Origin: an uncultured candidate division Zixibacteria bacterium
GTDB taxonomy: Bacteria; Zixibacteria; MSB-5A5; GN15; FEB-12
NCBI GenBank assembly: GCA_963735035.1
Contig: CAVTJJ010000003.1
Coordinates: forward strand, 416,019 to 480,018
Direction: 5' to 3'
DNA: 64,000 nucleotides
Below, piece after piece: positions 36,718 to 46,935 of the stretch. Below the pieces are notes generated by a model. It made no database searches. It was not told where the DNA came from and worked only from the letters and a program-made list of their open reading frames with translations. Position 1 is the stretch's first letter, and each line of letters opens with the position of its first letter. Made by a program: the position numbers and the translations under genes.

Positions 36718-39108
36718 CTATTCGTACTTAAGAGAATCCACCGGATTCGCCCTGGCGGCCCGTATAGCCTGGAAACCGACTGTCATCAAGGCGATAGCCA
36801 GGCTGCTCATCCCCGCTATCAAGAAAGGACCGGGATTGATTGTGACGCGATAGACATAAGTCTGCAACCACCATCGCATGAGCATGAATGCGATCGGCCA
36901 CGCCACAACATTTGCGATAGCGACTCCCACAAGGAACTCTCTCGTCAACAACGATACGATTATCGCCGGCGACGCACCCAGGACCCGCCGCACCCCGATC
37001 TCTTTTGTTCGCTGCACAATGACGAACGACGCCAGTCCGAACAGTCCGATACAGGCCACGAGCACGGCCAGACATGATGAATAATTCAGTACTGTTGCGA
37101 AGTGCCGGGCCTCGCCATAGTTGGCCGCCAGCAGATCGTCAAGAAACGAATAGGTAAATGGCCGGTTCGGGAAGATCGCAGTCCAGCCCTCTTTCAACCG
37201 ATTGATAGATTCACTCTCTGATCCTTCATGTATACGTATCAGCATCTGCTCACTTCGGGCAGGATCAAGCATTACCACCAGTGGCTGCACTTTGTAATCC
37301 AAATCCCTGAAATTGAAATCTGCCACGACACCGGTCACACTGCTCTCGTACATGGGAGTGAGTTTGCCGCCCTCCGAGCTATAGGACAAGAGCCTCTGAC
37401 CGACCGGATCGTTCAGACCCAGCGCCCTAGTGGCTGATTCGTTCAGCAAGACCGTTCCCTTTGTGGCTGCGCTCCCGGATTCAAAATCCTTCCCCTGCAG
37501 GAGGCTCAGGCCGAGGGTTCGGGCATAGTTCGGATCAACCCAGAGCACCGGCAGACTCATGTATCCCTGACCATCGAGGCGAAGAAACGTCAGGCCGTAA
37601 CAATTCTGCTCTCCGGGGACATTTGAGGCCAGGGAGACTGACTCGACTCCCTGGCACTTTGCAAAGGCGTTCTTGAGTACGTCACGCCGGCTCAGGACAG
37701 CCTCATCCCCGATTGGAACTATCAGCAGGCCGTCCTTATTGAAACCGAGATCCTTGTTTAGTAAGAATTGCAGTTGGTTATATCCGATAATCGTGCAGAT
37801 GAGAAGCGTCGTGGCGCATACAAACTGAAACACCACCAGAGACCTGCGCAGTATGGCGCGCTTCGGTCCCGGCACAGTTGCACTCTTCAAAACCCTGGCC
37901 GGCGAGACAGCCGAGAGATAGAAAGCCGGAAAGATGCCGGCAAGAAACCCCACGACAGTTGGTACCATGACGAGACCGAGCCAAAAGCCAAACGCTGGGA
38001 AATAGTCAAGAGTCAGCGACGCGCCAACAACGGAACTGAATATTGGCTTTAGAATCTCGACCAGCACGATCGCCAGGAGAGTAGCACAGGCGGCGATGAC
38101 GATCGATTCAGCGAGATATGACTTAATCAGATCGACACGCGTTCCCCCGAGCACTTTCTTTATGCCGATCTCACGCGCACGTCTGGACGCCTGGGCGGTC
38201 GACAGATTTATGAAATTCACGCAGGCAACCAACAGGATCAGTAGAGCAAGTCCCGCGTACTGATACAGCGTCGAGACATCCGTCTTCGCCTCCAATTCTC
38301 CGCCGAGATTGGAGTGCAGATGAATACTTGATAGAGGCTGAAGCCCCAACGTGACCATCGAAGCCGTTTCAGCACCCCGGTATTTGCGAACCAGCTCCGG
38401 GAGTTGTGATTCAAGCTGCTGCGCGGTGGCACCCTCACGAAGCAGGACATACGTATATACCGGCGCCTCCCAATGACCGGCGAATTCTCCACGCGGGGAG
38501 GTCCAGGTTGAAAGCGACGCCAGAAACTGAAACTGCAGGTGAGAGTTGGCGGGGATCGGCCTCAGAATTCCGGTGACAATGAATTCCTGCCGGTTTTCAT
38601 AGGTGAGCGTCTGTCCCATCGGATCATCGTCCCCAAAATACTTGCGGGCGAACTCGGGTGTGATAACCACGCTGAGCGGCTGGCTCAACGCCGACTTCGG
38701 GTCCCCTTTCATGAGTGTGAAACTGAAGACATCAAAGATGTTCGCATCGGCGAACATCAACCCCTTTTCGTTGAGACCCTTCCCGGCACGACTGATCAGG
38801 GCATCGGTCCGAAAGAACCTGGTCACAGCTTCCACCGATGGACACGCCTCTAAGATCGCGGGTCCCAAAGGTGTACCGGTGGAGGCTCGACCACGGTTAA
38901 AACCGTCTGACCGTCGCATTTGCTCCGTTACTCGGTGGATCCTGCTTGAATTGCCGTGGAACGAATCGAAGCTAAATTCAAACATCACCCAGAGCAGAAT
39001 CATCATACAGCAGGAGATTCCGACCGCCAACCCTGCGATATTGATACTCGCGTATCCTTTATGACGCCGGATACTCCTGAGCGCGATCTTGATATGATTC
39101 TTCCACAT
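36718..39108 (-). CDS. ABC transporter permease, duplicated MacB/FtsX type
   Basis: 796 aa, MWKNHIKIALRSIRRHKGYASINIAGL.., two FtsX cores (REIGIKKVLGG, KEIGVRRVLGAS), C-terminal ANPVDSLKYE. Confidence 0.88.
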   Translation of the reverse strand: MWKNHIKIALRSIRRHKGYASINIAGLAVGISCCMMILLWVMFEFSFDSFHGNSSRIHRVTEQMRRSDGFNRGRASTGTPLGPAILEACPSVEAVTRFFRTDALISRAGKGLNEKGLMFADANIFDVFSFTLMKGDPKSALSQPLSVVITPEFARKYFGDDDPMGQTLTYENRQEFIVTGILRPIPANSHLQFQFLASLSTWTSPRGEFAGHWEAPVYTYVLLREGATAQQLESQLPELVRKYRGAETASMVTLGLQPLSSIHLHSNLGGELEAKTDVSTLYQYAGLALLILLVACVNFINLSTAQASRRAREIGIKKVLGGTRVDLIKSYLAESIVIAACATLLAIVLVEILKPIFSSVVGASLTLDYFPAFGFWLGLVMVPTVVGFLAGIFPAFYLSAVSPARVLKSATVPGPKRAILRRSLVVFQFVCATTLLICTIIGYNQLQFLLNKDLGFNKDGLLIVPIGDEAVLSRRDVLKNAFAKCQGVESVSLASNVPGEQNCYGLTFLRLDGQGYMSLPVLWVDPNYARTLGLSLLQGKDFESGSAATKGTVLLNESATRALGLNDPVGQRLLSYSSEGGKLTPMYESSVTGVVADFNFRDLDYKVQPLVVMLDPARSEQMLIRIHEGSESESINRLKEGWTAIFPNRPFTYSFLDDLLAANYGEARHFATVLNYSSCLAVLVACIGLFGLASFVIVQRTKEIGVRRVLGASPAIIVSLLTREFLVGVAIANVVAWPIAFMLMRWWLQTYVYRVTINPGPFLIAGMSSLAIALMTVGFQAIRAARANPVDSLKYE

Positions 39109-39128
39109 ACCCTGTCCTCGACTGGCAG

Positions 39129-41504
39129 TTATTCGTATTTCAGGCTCTCTACAGGATTTGCCGTCGCGGCCCGAATAGCCTGGTAACCGACTGTCAGCAA
39201 GGCGATAGCCAGCGCCATTAGGCCGGCATAGATGAAGATGTCAAAGCCAAGTTCGATGCGGTAGGCATACTCTTGAAGCCAATTCTGAATGGAATAATAT
39301 GCGATCGGCCAGGTGACCACATTGGCGATTATGACCAGTATCACGAACTCTTTAGTGAGCATCAGTACCACCGACGATACCGAAGCGCCCAGGACCTTGC
39401 GAATGCCCACCTCTTTGGTCCTGCGCTCGGCGGCAAACGAAGCTAATCCGAATATCCCCAGGCTGCCTATGAAAGCTGATAAAACCGCGAAGACAATGAA
39501 TAGCATGCCGGTTTTCCGCTCACTCTCATAGTTCTCGGCGATTATGTCGTCCAGTAATCTGCCCTGGAACGGGCGATCCGGAATGACTTTCTTCCAGACG
39601 TCGGTGACGGCACCAATCGCCCCTTTCACATCGTTAGATGGCAATTGCACTGCAATATGCAGAAATTGCGAGGGCCCCAACATCAAAACTCCGGCGGTGA
39701 TCTTGTTCCGCAATGACCCGCTGTGGAAGTCGTCGACCACTCCTATAATCGTCAGGGCTTTCTTCGAGTCGGGATCTATGAGCGTCTGCCCGACCGGATT
39801 GACAAGGCCGAATTCCTTGACGGCGGTCTTGTTGACTATAATGGCATTCTCCAGATCTGATGGATACTGATTAGAGAATCCGCGTCCCTCTATTAGCTTG
39901 ATGCCGAAAGTGGAAATGAACGCCTCATCCACCCACATTAAGGGAGTCATCGCCGGCGGCTGGTCCGGTTGGGACGGATTAGCAAACGCCCGCAAAGCCG
40001 TCCATCCCGCACCAGGCGGCGCCCACACTGCTGAAACCGCCTCGACCTTGTTGGTCTTGGCAATTTCGTCGCGCAGGAGCCGGCACTTGCCCGCAATCTT
40101 CTCGTCGGTCAAATCCAAAATGAGCATGTTCTCATGGCGGAAGCCCATGTCCGTGACTCGAAACAGATTGGATTGTCTATAGATGGCAATGGCTGTGATC
40201 GTCAGACCGATCGCCGCTGCAAATTGGATCACCACGAGGATTCGCCGAAGTCCGGACCGCGAAGTTGTATGGCTCGAATCCTTTCTCATGGCGTCGGCGG
40301 GACGATAGCGTGACAGAAAGAACGCCGGATAGCTGCCGGCAATTACGCCCACTACAATTACCATCACGATCATGACCAGGATTAGCGCGGGGCTGCTCAA
40401 CAAGCTGATCGGCAATTCGCGTCCGATGAACGTCTCCAATTGCGGCTTGGCGATTTCGAACAAGGCAACACCGAGCAACATCGATACGGTAGTCAGGCAG
40501 ACTGATTCGCCAATGAATTGATAGATGAGATTGGCCCGACCCGCGCCGAACACCTTGCGTACTGCCACTTCCTTAATTCGACGAGTCGTGCGGGCGGTGG
40601 CGAGATTTACGAAATTGATGCTCGCCAAAATCAGGAGCAGAACGGCGACAGATGAGAATGTGTACACATAAGTCAGGTTACCCGACGGATCAAGTTCGCC
40701 GTTCAGAGATGAATGCAGGTATATGTTATTGAGGGGCTGAATCAGGATGTCGAGTTTAGCTTCCTTGAGGGACAAATTCCTGGTCACTATGGCCGATATC
40801 TTGTCTCTCAGTTGCGTTGTAACAGGGCCGGATTTCAGCGACGCATAGACGTAGTATTTGCCGAAATCGCCCCACTCCTTCGTATTCATACCCATTCGTT
40901 CAAGGGTCGAGAACGATACAATGGCGTCACAGCGAAGCTGGGTGTTGGCCGGAATCGGTTTCAACACACCCGTGATTCGGCAATCGATCGAATCGATCCG
41001 GAGAGTCCTGCCGACAGGATCATTGTCACCGAAGCACCTGGCCGCGAGTTCATCTGAGAGCAAGACTGTCGAGGGACTGTTCAGCGCTGTCGATCCATCA
41101 CCGCGTTGTAGCGGCAGGGTGAAGACCTTGAGAATCTCCGGTGATGCAAAAAGCAGGCGATTGTTGTCAAACGGTTTGTGGTCGACTTCTATTTTCGTAT
41201 CTTTGAAGAGCCTGAAACAAGTGACGTCTTCAATTTCCGGCAATTCGGCCGCCATAGCCGGGGCCAGTGGCGCCGTAGACGTGGCGAAAGGTACCGTGGT
41301 TGATCCGTATCGGTAGATGGATGCCACTCGGAAGATCCGGTCCCGCTGCTCGTGGCAGTCTTCGAAACTCAGTTCATTGGTGACATAGCCGGCTATCAGC
41401 AGACACCCGGCCAGACCTATAGCCAATCCGACGATATTAATAACTGAATAGAGTCTGTAACGTGACAGGTTTCTGAGTGCGACCAGGATGTAGTTCTTCC
41501 ACAT
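39129..41504 (-). CDS. ABC transporter permease, duplicated MacB/FtsX type
   Basis: 791 aa, MWKNYILVALRNLSRYRLYSVINIVGL.., two FtsX cores (KEVAVRKVFGAG, KEVGIRKVLGAS), C-terminal ANPVESLKYE. Confidence 0.88.
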   Translation of the reverse strand: MWKNYILVALRNLSRYRLYSVINIVGLAIGLAGCLLIAGYVTNELSFEDCHEQRDRIFRVASIYRYGSTTVPFATSTAPLAPAMAAELPEIEDVTCFRLFKDTKIEVDHKPFDNNRLLFASPEILKVFTLPLQRGDGSTALNSPSTVLLSDELAARCFGDNDPVGRTLRIDSIDCRITGVLKPIPANTQLRCDAIVSFSTLERMGMNTKEWGDFGKYYVYASLKSGPVTTQLRDKISAIVTRNLSLKEAKLDILIQPLNNIYLHSSLNGELDPSGNLTYVYTFSSVAVLLLILASINFVNLATARTTRRIKEVAVRKVFGAGRANLIYQFIGESVCLTTVSMLLGVALFEIAKPQLETFIGRELPISLLSSPALILVMIVMVIVVGVIAGSYPAFFLSRYRPADAMRKDSSHTTSRSGLRRILVVIQFAAAIGLTITAIAIYRQSNLFRVTDMGFRHENMLILDLTDEKIAGKCRLLRDEIAKTNKVEAVSAVWAPPGAGWTALRAFANPSQPDQPPAMTPLMWVDEAFISTFGIKLIEGRGFSNQYPSDLENAIIVNKTAVKEFGLVNPVGQTLIDPDSKKALTIIGVVDDFHSGSLRNKITAGVLMLGPSQFLHIAVQLPSNDVKGAIGAVTDVWKKVIPDRPFQGRLLDDIIAENYESERKTGMLFIVFAVLSAFIGSLGIFGLASFAAERRTKEVGIRKVLGASVSSVVLMLTKEFVILVIIANVVTWPIAYYSIQNWLQEYAYRIELGFDIFIYAGLMALAIALLTVGYQAIRAATANPVESLKYE

Positions 41505-41603
41505 AGATGATTCCTATTCGTATTGCAGGCTGTCCTTCGAGTTGGCGCAGTCGGCTGCCCGCTCGTGTCTGTAAGAGATCCCAGATCGAAAGTACCAACG
41601 CCA

Positions 41604-42293
41604 TCACACGCCGAAGACTCTTCCGACATTCTCCGTCACGATCTTGCCGTCGAACAGATGAATAGTGCGATGGGCGAATTCGGCGTAGGTCGGTGAGTGG
41701 GTCACCATGAGAATGCTGGTTCCGCCATTGTTCAATTCGGTCAGGAGTCGCATGACTTCGTCGCCGTGACGCGAGTCCAGGTTACCGGTCGGTTCATCGG
41801 CCAGGATCAACTTGGGCTTGGCGACAATCGCTCGCGCCACCGCTACGCGTTGTTGCTGGCCGCCGGAAAGTTGCTGCGGAAAATGGTTCTTGCGCGGCAC
41901 CAGTTGCATGTGCTCCATCACTTCCCTCACCGCCAGTTTCCTCTGGGCGGTCGGTGTTTTCAGGTAGAGAAGCGGCAGCTCGATATTCTCGGCCACGGTC
42001 AATTCGTCGATGAGATTGAAGCTCTGAAATACGAAGCCGATATTCCCCTTGCGGAATTGCGCCCTATCCCGCTCCGACATCTTCCCTACTTCATGCTCCA
42101 TGAAGTGATATTCCCCCCCCGACGGGCTGTCGAGCAGACCAAGGAGATTCAGCAAAGTCGATTTGCCGCATCCCGACGGTCCCATAATCGACACAAACTC
42201 CCCTTGTTTCATTTCAAAATTAACGTCGTTCAGCGCGGTGGTCTCAACTTCCTCGGTCGTGAATACTTTGCGAAGATTGACTGTGCGAATCAT
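41604..42293 (-). CDS. ABC transporter ATP-binding protein (MacB/LolD-type)
   Basis: [11 protein letters not shown].., Walker [10 protein letters not shown], signature LSGGQQQR, Walker [12 protein letters not shown]. Start trimmed to the Met downstream of the HlyD stop. Confidence 0.93.
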   Translation of the reverse strand: MIRTVNLRKVFTTEEVETTALNDVNFEMKQGEFVSIMGPSGCGKSTLLNLLGLLDSPSGGEYHFMEHEVGKMSERDRAQFRKGNIGFVFQSFNLIDELTVAENIELPLLYLKTPTAQRKLAVREVMEHMQLVPRKNHFPQQLSGGQQQRVAVARAIVAKPKLILADEPTGNLDSRHGDEVMRLLTELNNGGTSILMVTHSPTYAEFAHRTIHLFDGKIVTENVGRVFGV

Positions 42294-42309
42294 GGTGTCG
42301 TTCCTTCCT

Positions 42310-43578
42310 CTAATTGAGCACAATTCTTTCGTATTGAGAGTAAGTCTCATAGGATGACGTAATCACCCGGTCGCCGGGTTTCAATCCCTTGAGCACTTCG
42401 TAGACTTCCGTGTTCTGTCGTCCCAGTTCGATGTCCTGCTTGAAAGCTTCATTGGCGCCGGACTGGAGCACGTACACCCATCGTCCGCCGGTAGTGTTGT
42501 AGAAGCCGCCGCGAGGCAACAGCACGGCCCGAGATAGATCACCGAGCATCAGCCTGATCTGTAGTGTCTGGCCGCGTCGAAGGTCGGCCGGGGCACGGTC
42601 GGTGAAGATGAGATCGGCCCTGAACTTGCCACCGGTGATCTCGGGATAGACTTTGGAAACCTGGAGTGAGCAGACCGCCCCCTCGAGGGTCGCCATCGCC
42701 AACTGTCCGGTGTTGATCCGCGCGACGTAATACTCGTCGACGTCCGCCTGGAGCTTGAATCCATCCAAAACGTCAATCTGTCCCAGCCGCTCGCCGAATC
42801 CCTTAGATTCGCCGACTTCAGCGTTGAGCGACGTCAATTGACCGGTGATCGGGGCCTTGAGCACCAGATCTTCAAGCCTCTTGCGCACGAATTCGAGGTT
42901 CGCCTCCATGCGCGTCACCGATGCTTCGAGCTGCTCCACCTGCTGGCTTCGCAGCACGGAATCCTGGGCCTGTGTCTCGACCGTCAACACTCGTTTGTCA
43001 GTCCAGTAATCGAATTCTTCTTCGGCGCGATCGAACTCATTGGACGAGGCCAACTGTTTCTCCCGGAGTACTACCGCAACATCGTACCTGCGCCGTGACT
43101 CATTGATCATCCGATCCACTTCGAGCAGATCGGCTTTAAGCTCGAGCTTCCTCTGCTCCATGGCGATTCGGGTGTTACGCAGGTTGTTGATCTGTTCGTA
43201 GAGTTGAGCCTCTCGATACATGATATCAAGGCGGAGGTCCATATTCTCAAGACGAAGAATAGGGTCACCGGGTTTGAGCATCGCACCCTGTTCCGCGAAA
43301 ACCTCGGCCACCCGACCACCCTGTACGGCGTCCAGGTAGAAAGTCTTAAGTGGCGTAACGACGCCGCTTACGGGGATGAATTCCTGAAACTCACCCTCCG
43401 TTACGACGGAAACGGTCAGTCGGTTGGCCTCAAGCCTCAGCGCGGAACCGCCTCCGAGACTGATAAGACCATAAGCAATTGCAGCAAGGCCAACTACGCC
43501 AAGCGAGAGGTAAGTTGTCCTTTTTCTCGTCCAGAATCGCTTCTGGATCTTCCGGTCCATGCCTGACAAGTCACTCAT
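42310..43578 (-). CDS. HlyD-family periplasmic adaptor (membrane fusion protein)
   Basis: 422 aa with an N-terminal TM (YLSLGVVGLAAIAYGLISL), a lipoyl-like hairpin (GRVAEVFAEQGAMLKPGDPILRLE), a long coiled coil, and beta-barrel C-terminal domains. Confidence 0.88.
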   Translation of the reverse strand: MSDLSGMDRKIQKRFWTRKRTTYLSLGVVGLAAIAYGLISLGGGSALRLEANRLTVSVVTEGEFQEFIPVSGVVTPLKTFYLDAVQGGRVAEVFAEQGAMLKPGDPILRLENMDLRLDIMYREAQLYEQINNLRNTRIAMEQRKLELKADLLEVDRMINESRRRYDVAVVLREKQLASSNEFDRAEEEFDYWTDKRVLTVETQAQDSVLRSQQVEQLEASVTRMEANLEFVRKRLEDLVLKAPITGQLTSLNAEVGESKGFGERLGQIDVLDGFKLQADVDEYYVARINTGQLAMATLEGAVCSLQVSKVYPEITGGKFRADLIFTDRAPADLRRGQTLQIRLMLGDLSRAVLLPRGGFYNTTGGRWVYVLQSGANEAFKQDIELGRQNTEVYEVLKGLKPGDRVITSSYETYSQYERIVLN

Positions 43579-43602
43579 AGTAGTCCTTCCGAAATTCCTA
43601 AG

Positions 43603-43617
43603 TCAAATTCCATGCCA
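43603..43617 (-). promoter_or_regulatory. candidate sigma54 (-24/-12) promoter of the HlyD-ABC operon
   Basis: The minus strand reads TGGCAT-GGAAT-TTGA (consensus TGGCAC-N5-TTGCW), 24 nt upstream of the HlyD ATG with a GGAAGGA RBS between. The divergent neighbour is a sigma54-dependent activator. The -12 GC is imperfect (GA). Confidence 0.3.
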
Positions 43618-43746
43618 CCAAAAAAGTCCTTGCCATATGGGCACTTACGTTCCGTAATTGATTCCCAACCGTCCGGTTTTGATACAGTGATTGTCCGGTA
43701 ACGAACATCTGGACCGCCCCGGATAGGGCCAATAAGGAGTACTCTG

Positions 43747-45135
43747 GTGACCGAACTGGTGGAAGAATCTGGAGCCGGCATCCTGGTAGTCGATGACGAC
43801 GCTGACGTTTTGCACGCCGCCAAGCTCCTCCTCAAACGTCATTTCTCACGCGTAGAAACTTTGACCGACCCCAACCTTGTGCCGGCCCTTTTGGCCTCGG
43901 AATCGTTCGACGCCATACTCCTGGATATGAACTTCACGCGCGATGTGACCAGCGGTCAGGAGGGGTTCGAATGGCTGGGGAAGATTCTCCAACTGGACCC
44001 CGACGCCGTGGTCATAATGATCACAGCGTACGGTGACGCGGAGACAGCGGTTCGGGCCATCAAATCCGGCGCGACCGATTTCGTCATCAAGCCGTGGCAG
44101 AACGAGAAACTTCTCGCCACGGTGACAGCCGGCGCGCGGTTGCGCCGCTCGCGACGAGAAGTCGCGCGTCTGGAATCGGGGCAGAGCATACTTCAGGCCG
44201 ACCTCGACCAGCCGTTCAAGGATTTTGTCGGCGACAGCGCCGCCATGCGCGACGTCTTTCGTTTGATTGAGAAAGTGGCCGCAACTGAGGCTCACGTCCT
44301 GATTCTGGGGGAAAACGGCACCGGCAAAGAGTTGGTGGCGCGCGCGATTCACCGTCTTTCCCCCCGCCACGCCGGCATTTTTTGCCCGGTCGATCTCGGC
44401 GCGATCAGTGAGACCCTTTTTGAGAGCGAGTTGTTCGGCCACATGAAGGGGGCTTTCACGGACGCCCGCGAGAATCGAGCCGGTCGCATCGAGGCGGCCT
44501 CGGGCGGAACGCTGTTTTTCGACGAAATCAGCAACTTGCCTTTGCCTCTGCAGCCTAAACTCCTGAGCGCCATTCAGAGCCGCCAGATCACACGAGTCGG
44601 CAGCAGTAAGCCACTCGACGTTGATATTCGTCTCATCTGCGCCTCGAACTCTTCTCCTGAGGAACTGCTCAATCGCAAACGTTTTCGGGAAGACTTGCTC
44701 TACCGAATCAATACCGTGGAAATTCATTTGCCCCCTCTCCGTGACCGAGGTGATGATATATCCTTGCTGGCGCAGCACTTCCTAACAATTTATGGCCACA
44801 AATATGGTCGTGGGGAGTTGCGCCTTTCGGCCGCGGCCCTGACAAGGTTGCGCAAGCACCACTGGCCCGGCAACGTACGGGAACTACAGCACGCGGTAGA
44901 GCGGGCCGTAATCCTGAGCGAGGGCTCTAGTCTTACTGAGCGCGATTTCGTGCCCATGGCGACGACCGAATCGGGACACAAAGTGGTCGTCGAGAACCTG
45001 GATCTCGAAGGCGTAGAAAAGATGGTGATCCGTCAAGCGCTGACACGTTCGGCCGGAAACATCACCAAGGCCGCCGAAATGCTTGGTCTCACACGAACCG
45101 CTCTATATCGCAGATTGCAGAAATATGGGCTTTAA
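43747..45135 (+). CDS. sigma54-dependent response regulator (NtrC family: REC - AAA+ - HTH)
   Basis: REC (ILVVDDD..ILLDMNF..KP), AAA+ Walker A GENGTGKE, sigma54-contact loop ELFGHMKGAFTDA, C-terminal Fis-type HTH (NITKAAEMLGLTRTALYRRLQKYGL). GTG start with an AGGAG RBS. Confidence 0.93.
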   Translation: MTELVEESGAGILVVDDDADVLHAAKLLLKRHFSRVETLTDPNLVPALLASESFDAILLDMNFTRDVTSGQEGFEWLGKILQLDPDAVVIMITAYGDAETAVRAIKSGATDFVIKPWQNEKLLATVTAGARLRRSRREVARLESGQSILQADLDQPFKDFVGDSAAMRDVFRLIEKVAATEAHVLILGENGTGKELVARAIHRLSPRHAGIFCPVDLGAISETLFESELFGHMKGAFTDARENRAGRIEAASGGTLFFDEISNLPLPLQPKLLSAIQSRQITRVGSSKPLDVDIRLICASNSSPEELLNRKRFREDLLYRINTVEIHLPPLRDRGDDISLLAQHFLTIYGHKYGRGELRLSAAALTRLRKHHWPGNVRELQHAVERAVILSEGSSLTERDFVPMATTESGHKVVVENLDLEGVEKMVIRQALTRSAGNITKAAEMLGLTRTALYRRLQKYGL

Positions 45136-46468
45136 GCGTTTCCGCCTCAATTGCCTGCTCCGTGTCCTCGGAATTGTTGCCACGGTAGCTTTGTTATCGT
45201 ATCTGACCCTGTACACGACCTTGTACGCCAGCATGCTGGTGGTTGTACTGCTTGGTGTCGCGCAGGTATATGGACTCATCGTTTTCGTGGAACGGTCCAA
45301 TCGCGATATGATCCGGTTCCTCGAAGCCGTGGAACATGCCGATTTTTCGGACACCGTTTCGACAGGCTTGCATGGAAGCACTTACGATGAGCTCAACGCC
45401 TCATTCGCCCGCGTGCTCGGCCAGTTTCATTTGATTCGTCAGGAGCGGGAGGAAAACCTCCGCTATCTGGAAACAGTCGTTCAACACATCGGCATCGGAC
45501 TCATAGCCTTTCGCGAGGACGGCACGATAGAGCTGGTCAATACGGCCGCGCGCCGAATACTCAACGTTACGCGACTGGACCGAATTGACCATCTGACTTC
45601 GATCAGTTCCGAACTTGTCACAATTCTGCAGAACGCTCGGTCGGGCCAGCAACAGACCGTTACGATAGTAAACGGCGGCGGTCCACAGCATATTTCGGTG
45701 CTGACGACCCGGTTTCGTCTCGCCCAGCGTGATCTGACGCTAGCCTCGTTCCAGAATATTACATCCGAACTGGGCGCAAAGGAGTTGGAAGCCTGGCAGA
45801 ATCTCATTCGCGTGTTCGCCCACGAGATTCGCAACTCACTTACCCCGATCAGTTCGCTCGCGTCTACAATTGCGGATTCATTTGACTCCAGAAACGGGGC
45901 CGCCGTTGAATCCGGACTGGAGCGCCAGGACATTCGAGAAGCTCTGGCCACCATTCAGCGACGTAGCGAGGGGCTGCTTCGATTTGTCGATTCCTACCGC
46001 CGCTTGACCCGCATACCCGCACCCTCGATTGAGGCAATTTCTATCAAGGCGCTCTTGAGCGATTCGGTTACGTTGCTGCAGCCCCAGGTGTCCGCTAGTA
46101 ACATAGCGCTGACATACACGGTCGAACCCTCTGATTTGGTGCTGTATGCCGACGCCCATTTGATCGGTCAGGTGCTCATGAACCTGTCGCTCAACGCCAT
46201 TGAAGCTGTGACCGGCCGTCCCTCAGGTGCGGTGTATCTTCGAGGAGTGCAGGACGGCTATGGAAGGGTTAAGATCTCGGTAACGGACAACGGACCCGGG
46301 ATAGTGCCGGAGGCGCTGGATCAAGTGTTTGTGCCGTTCTACACTACCAAGAAGAGCGGCTCCGGTATCGGCTTGAGCCTCTCCCGCCAGATAATGCGGA
46401 TGCATCACGGTCAACTCACGGTTTCGTCGACACCTGATCACGAGACTACGTTCACACTGGTGTTCTAG
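45125..46468 (+). CDS. sensor histidine kinase (NtrB/AtoS-like partner of the sigma54 activator)
   Basis: Two N-terminal TM helices, a PAS-like segment, H-box FAHEIRNSLTPI, and ATPase boxes DNGPGI and GSGIGLSLSRQI. Its ATG overlaps the end of the regulator gene. Confidence 0.88.
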   Translation: MGFKRFRLNCLLRVLGIVATVALLSYLTLYTTLYASMLVVVLLGVAQVYGLIVFVERSNRDMIRFLEAVEHADFSDTVSTGLHGSTYDELNASFARVLGQFHLIRQEREENLRYLETVVQHIGIGLIAFREDGTIELVNTAARRILNVTRLDRIDHLTSISSELVTILQNARSGQQQTVTIVNGGGPQHISVLTTRFRLAQRDLTLASFQNITSELGAKELEAWQNLIRVFAHEIRNSLTPISSLASTIADSFDSRNGAAVESGLERQDIREALATIQRRSEGLLRFVDSYRRLTRIPAPSIEAISIKALLSDSVTLLQPQVSASNIALTYTVEPSDLVLYADAHLIGQVLMNLSLNAIEAVTGRPSGAVYLRGVQDGYGRVKISVTDNGPGIVPEALDQVFVPFYTTKKSGSGIGLSLSRQIMRMHHGQLTVSSTPDHETTFTLVF

Positions 46469-46935
46469 CGCGGGAACATATGGGAGTGCTGCCGCTATGC
46501 GACGGCCGGATCGCCACCATCTGGGTGGTGACAATAAGGCTCTCTTTCCTCCCCCATCGATTCGGCACCCCTCCAGTATCACCTTCCCCGCATTAAGCAA
46601 GCCTCGGCAACAATACAAGACGCATTTGGTCCGCATTGATACAATGTTTATTGTTCCGTGTGACTGGACGATACTAGATACTGTGAGCTAATGTGTCCTT
46701 GATCGGCGGCTCTGTCGGGGCCGGAGGGACGTCAGGTACTCCCTGACAGATTCAAGTTTCAAATGTGGAGCCGTTGCGGTGAAGATTCGCAAGGTCGATT
46801 CTACCGACGTCGTCGACAAGAGATGGTCACCGTCACGCCTCTTGAGGAGGCCCGCTTGGAATTCATACCGGCCTTCGAGAGCATCGATCCTCGTTTTGTT
46901 TAGCGGGACACTGGGACATTATTGAGGTAGGGTCT

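Noticed and set aside
46763-46903. 46-codon ORF (MWSRCGEDSQGRFYRRRRQEMVTVTPLEEARLEFIPAFESIDPRFV) in the 467-bp gap upstream of the PAS kinase.
   Set aside because: It has no RBS and an Arg-rich, low-information sequence, and it is below any size at which I can support coding by eye. It is left as unannotated intergenic or leader sequence.
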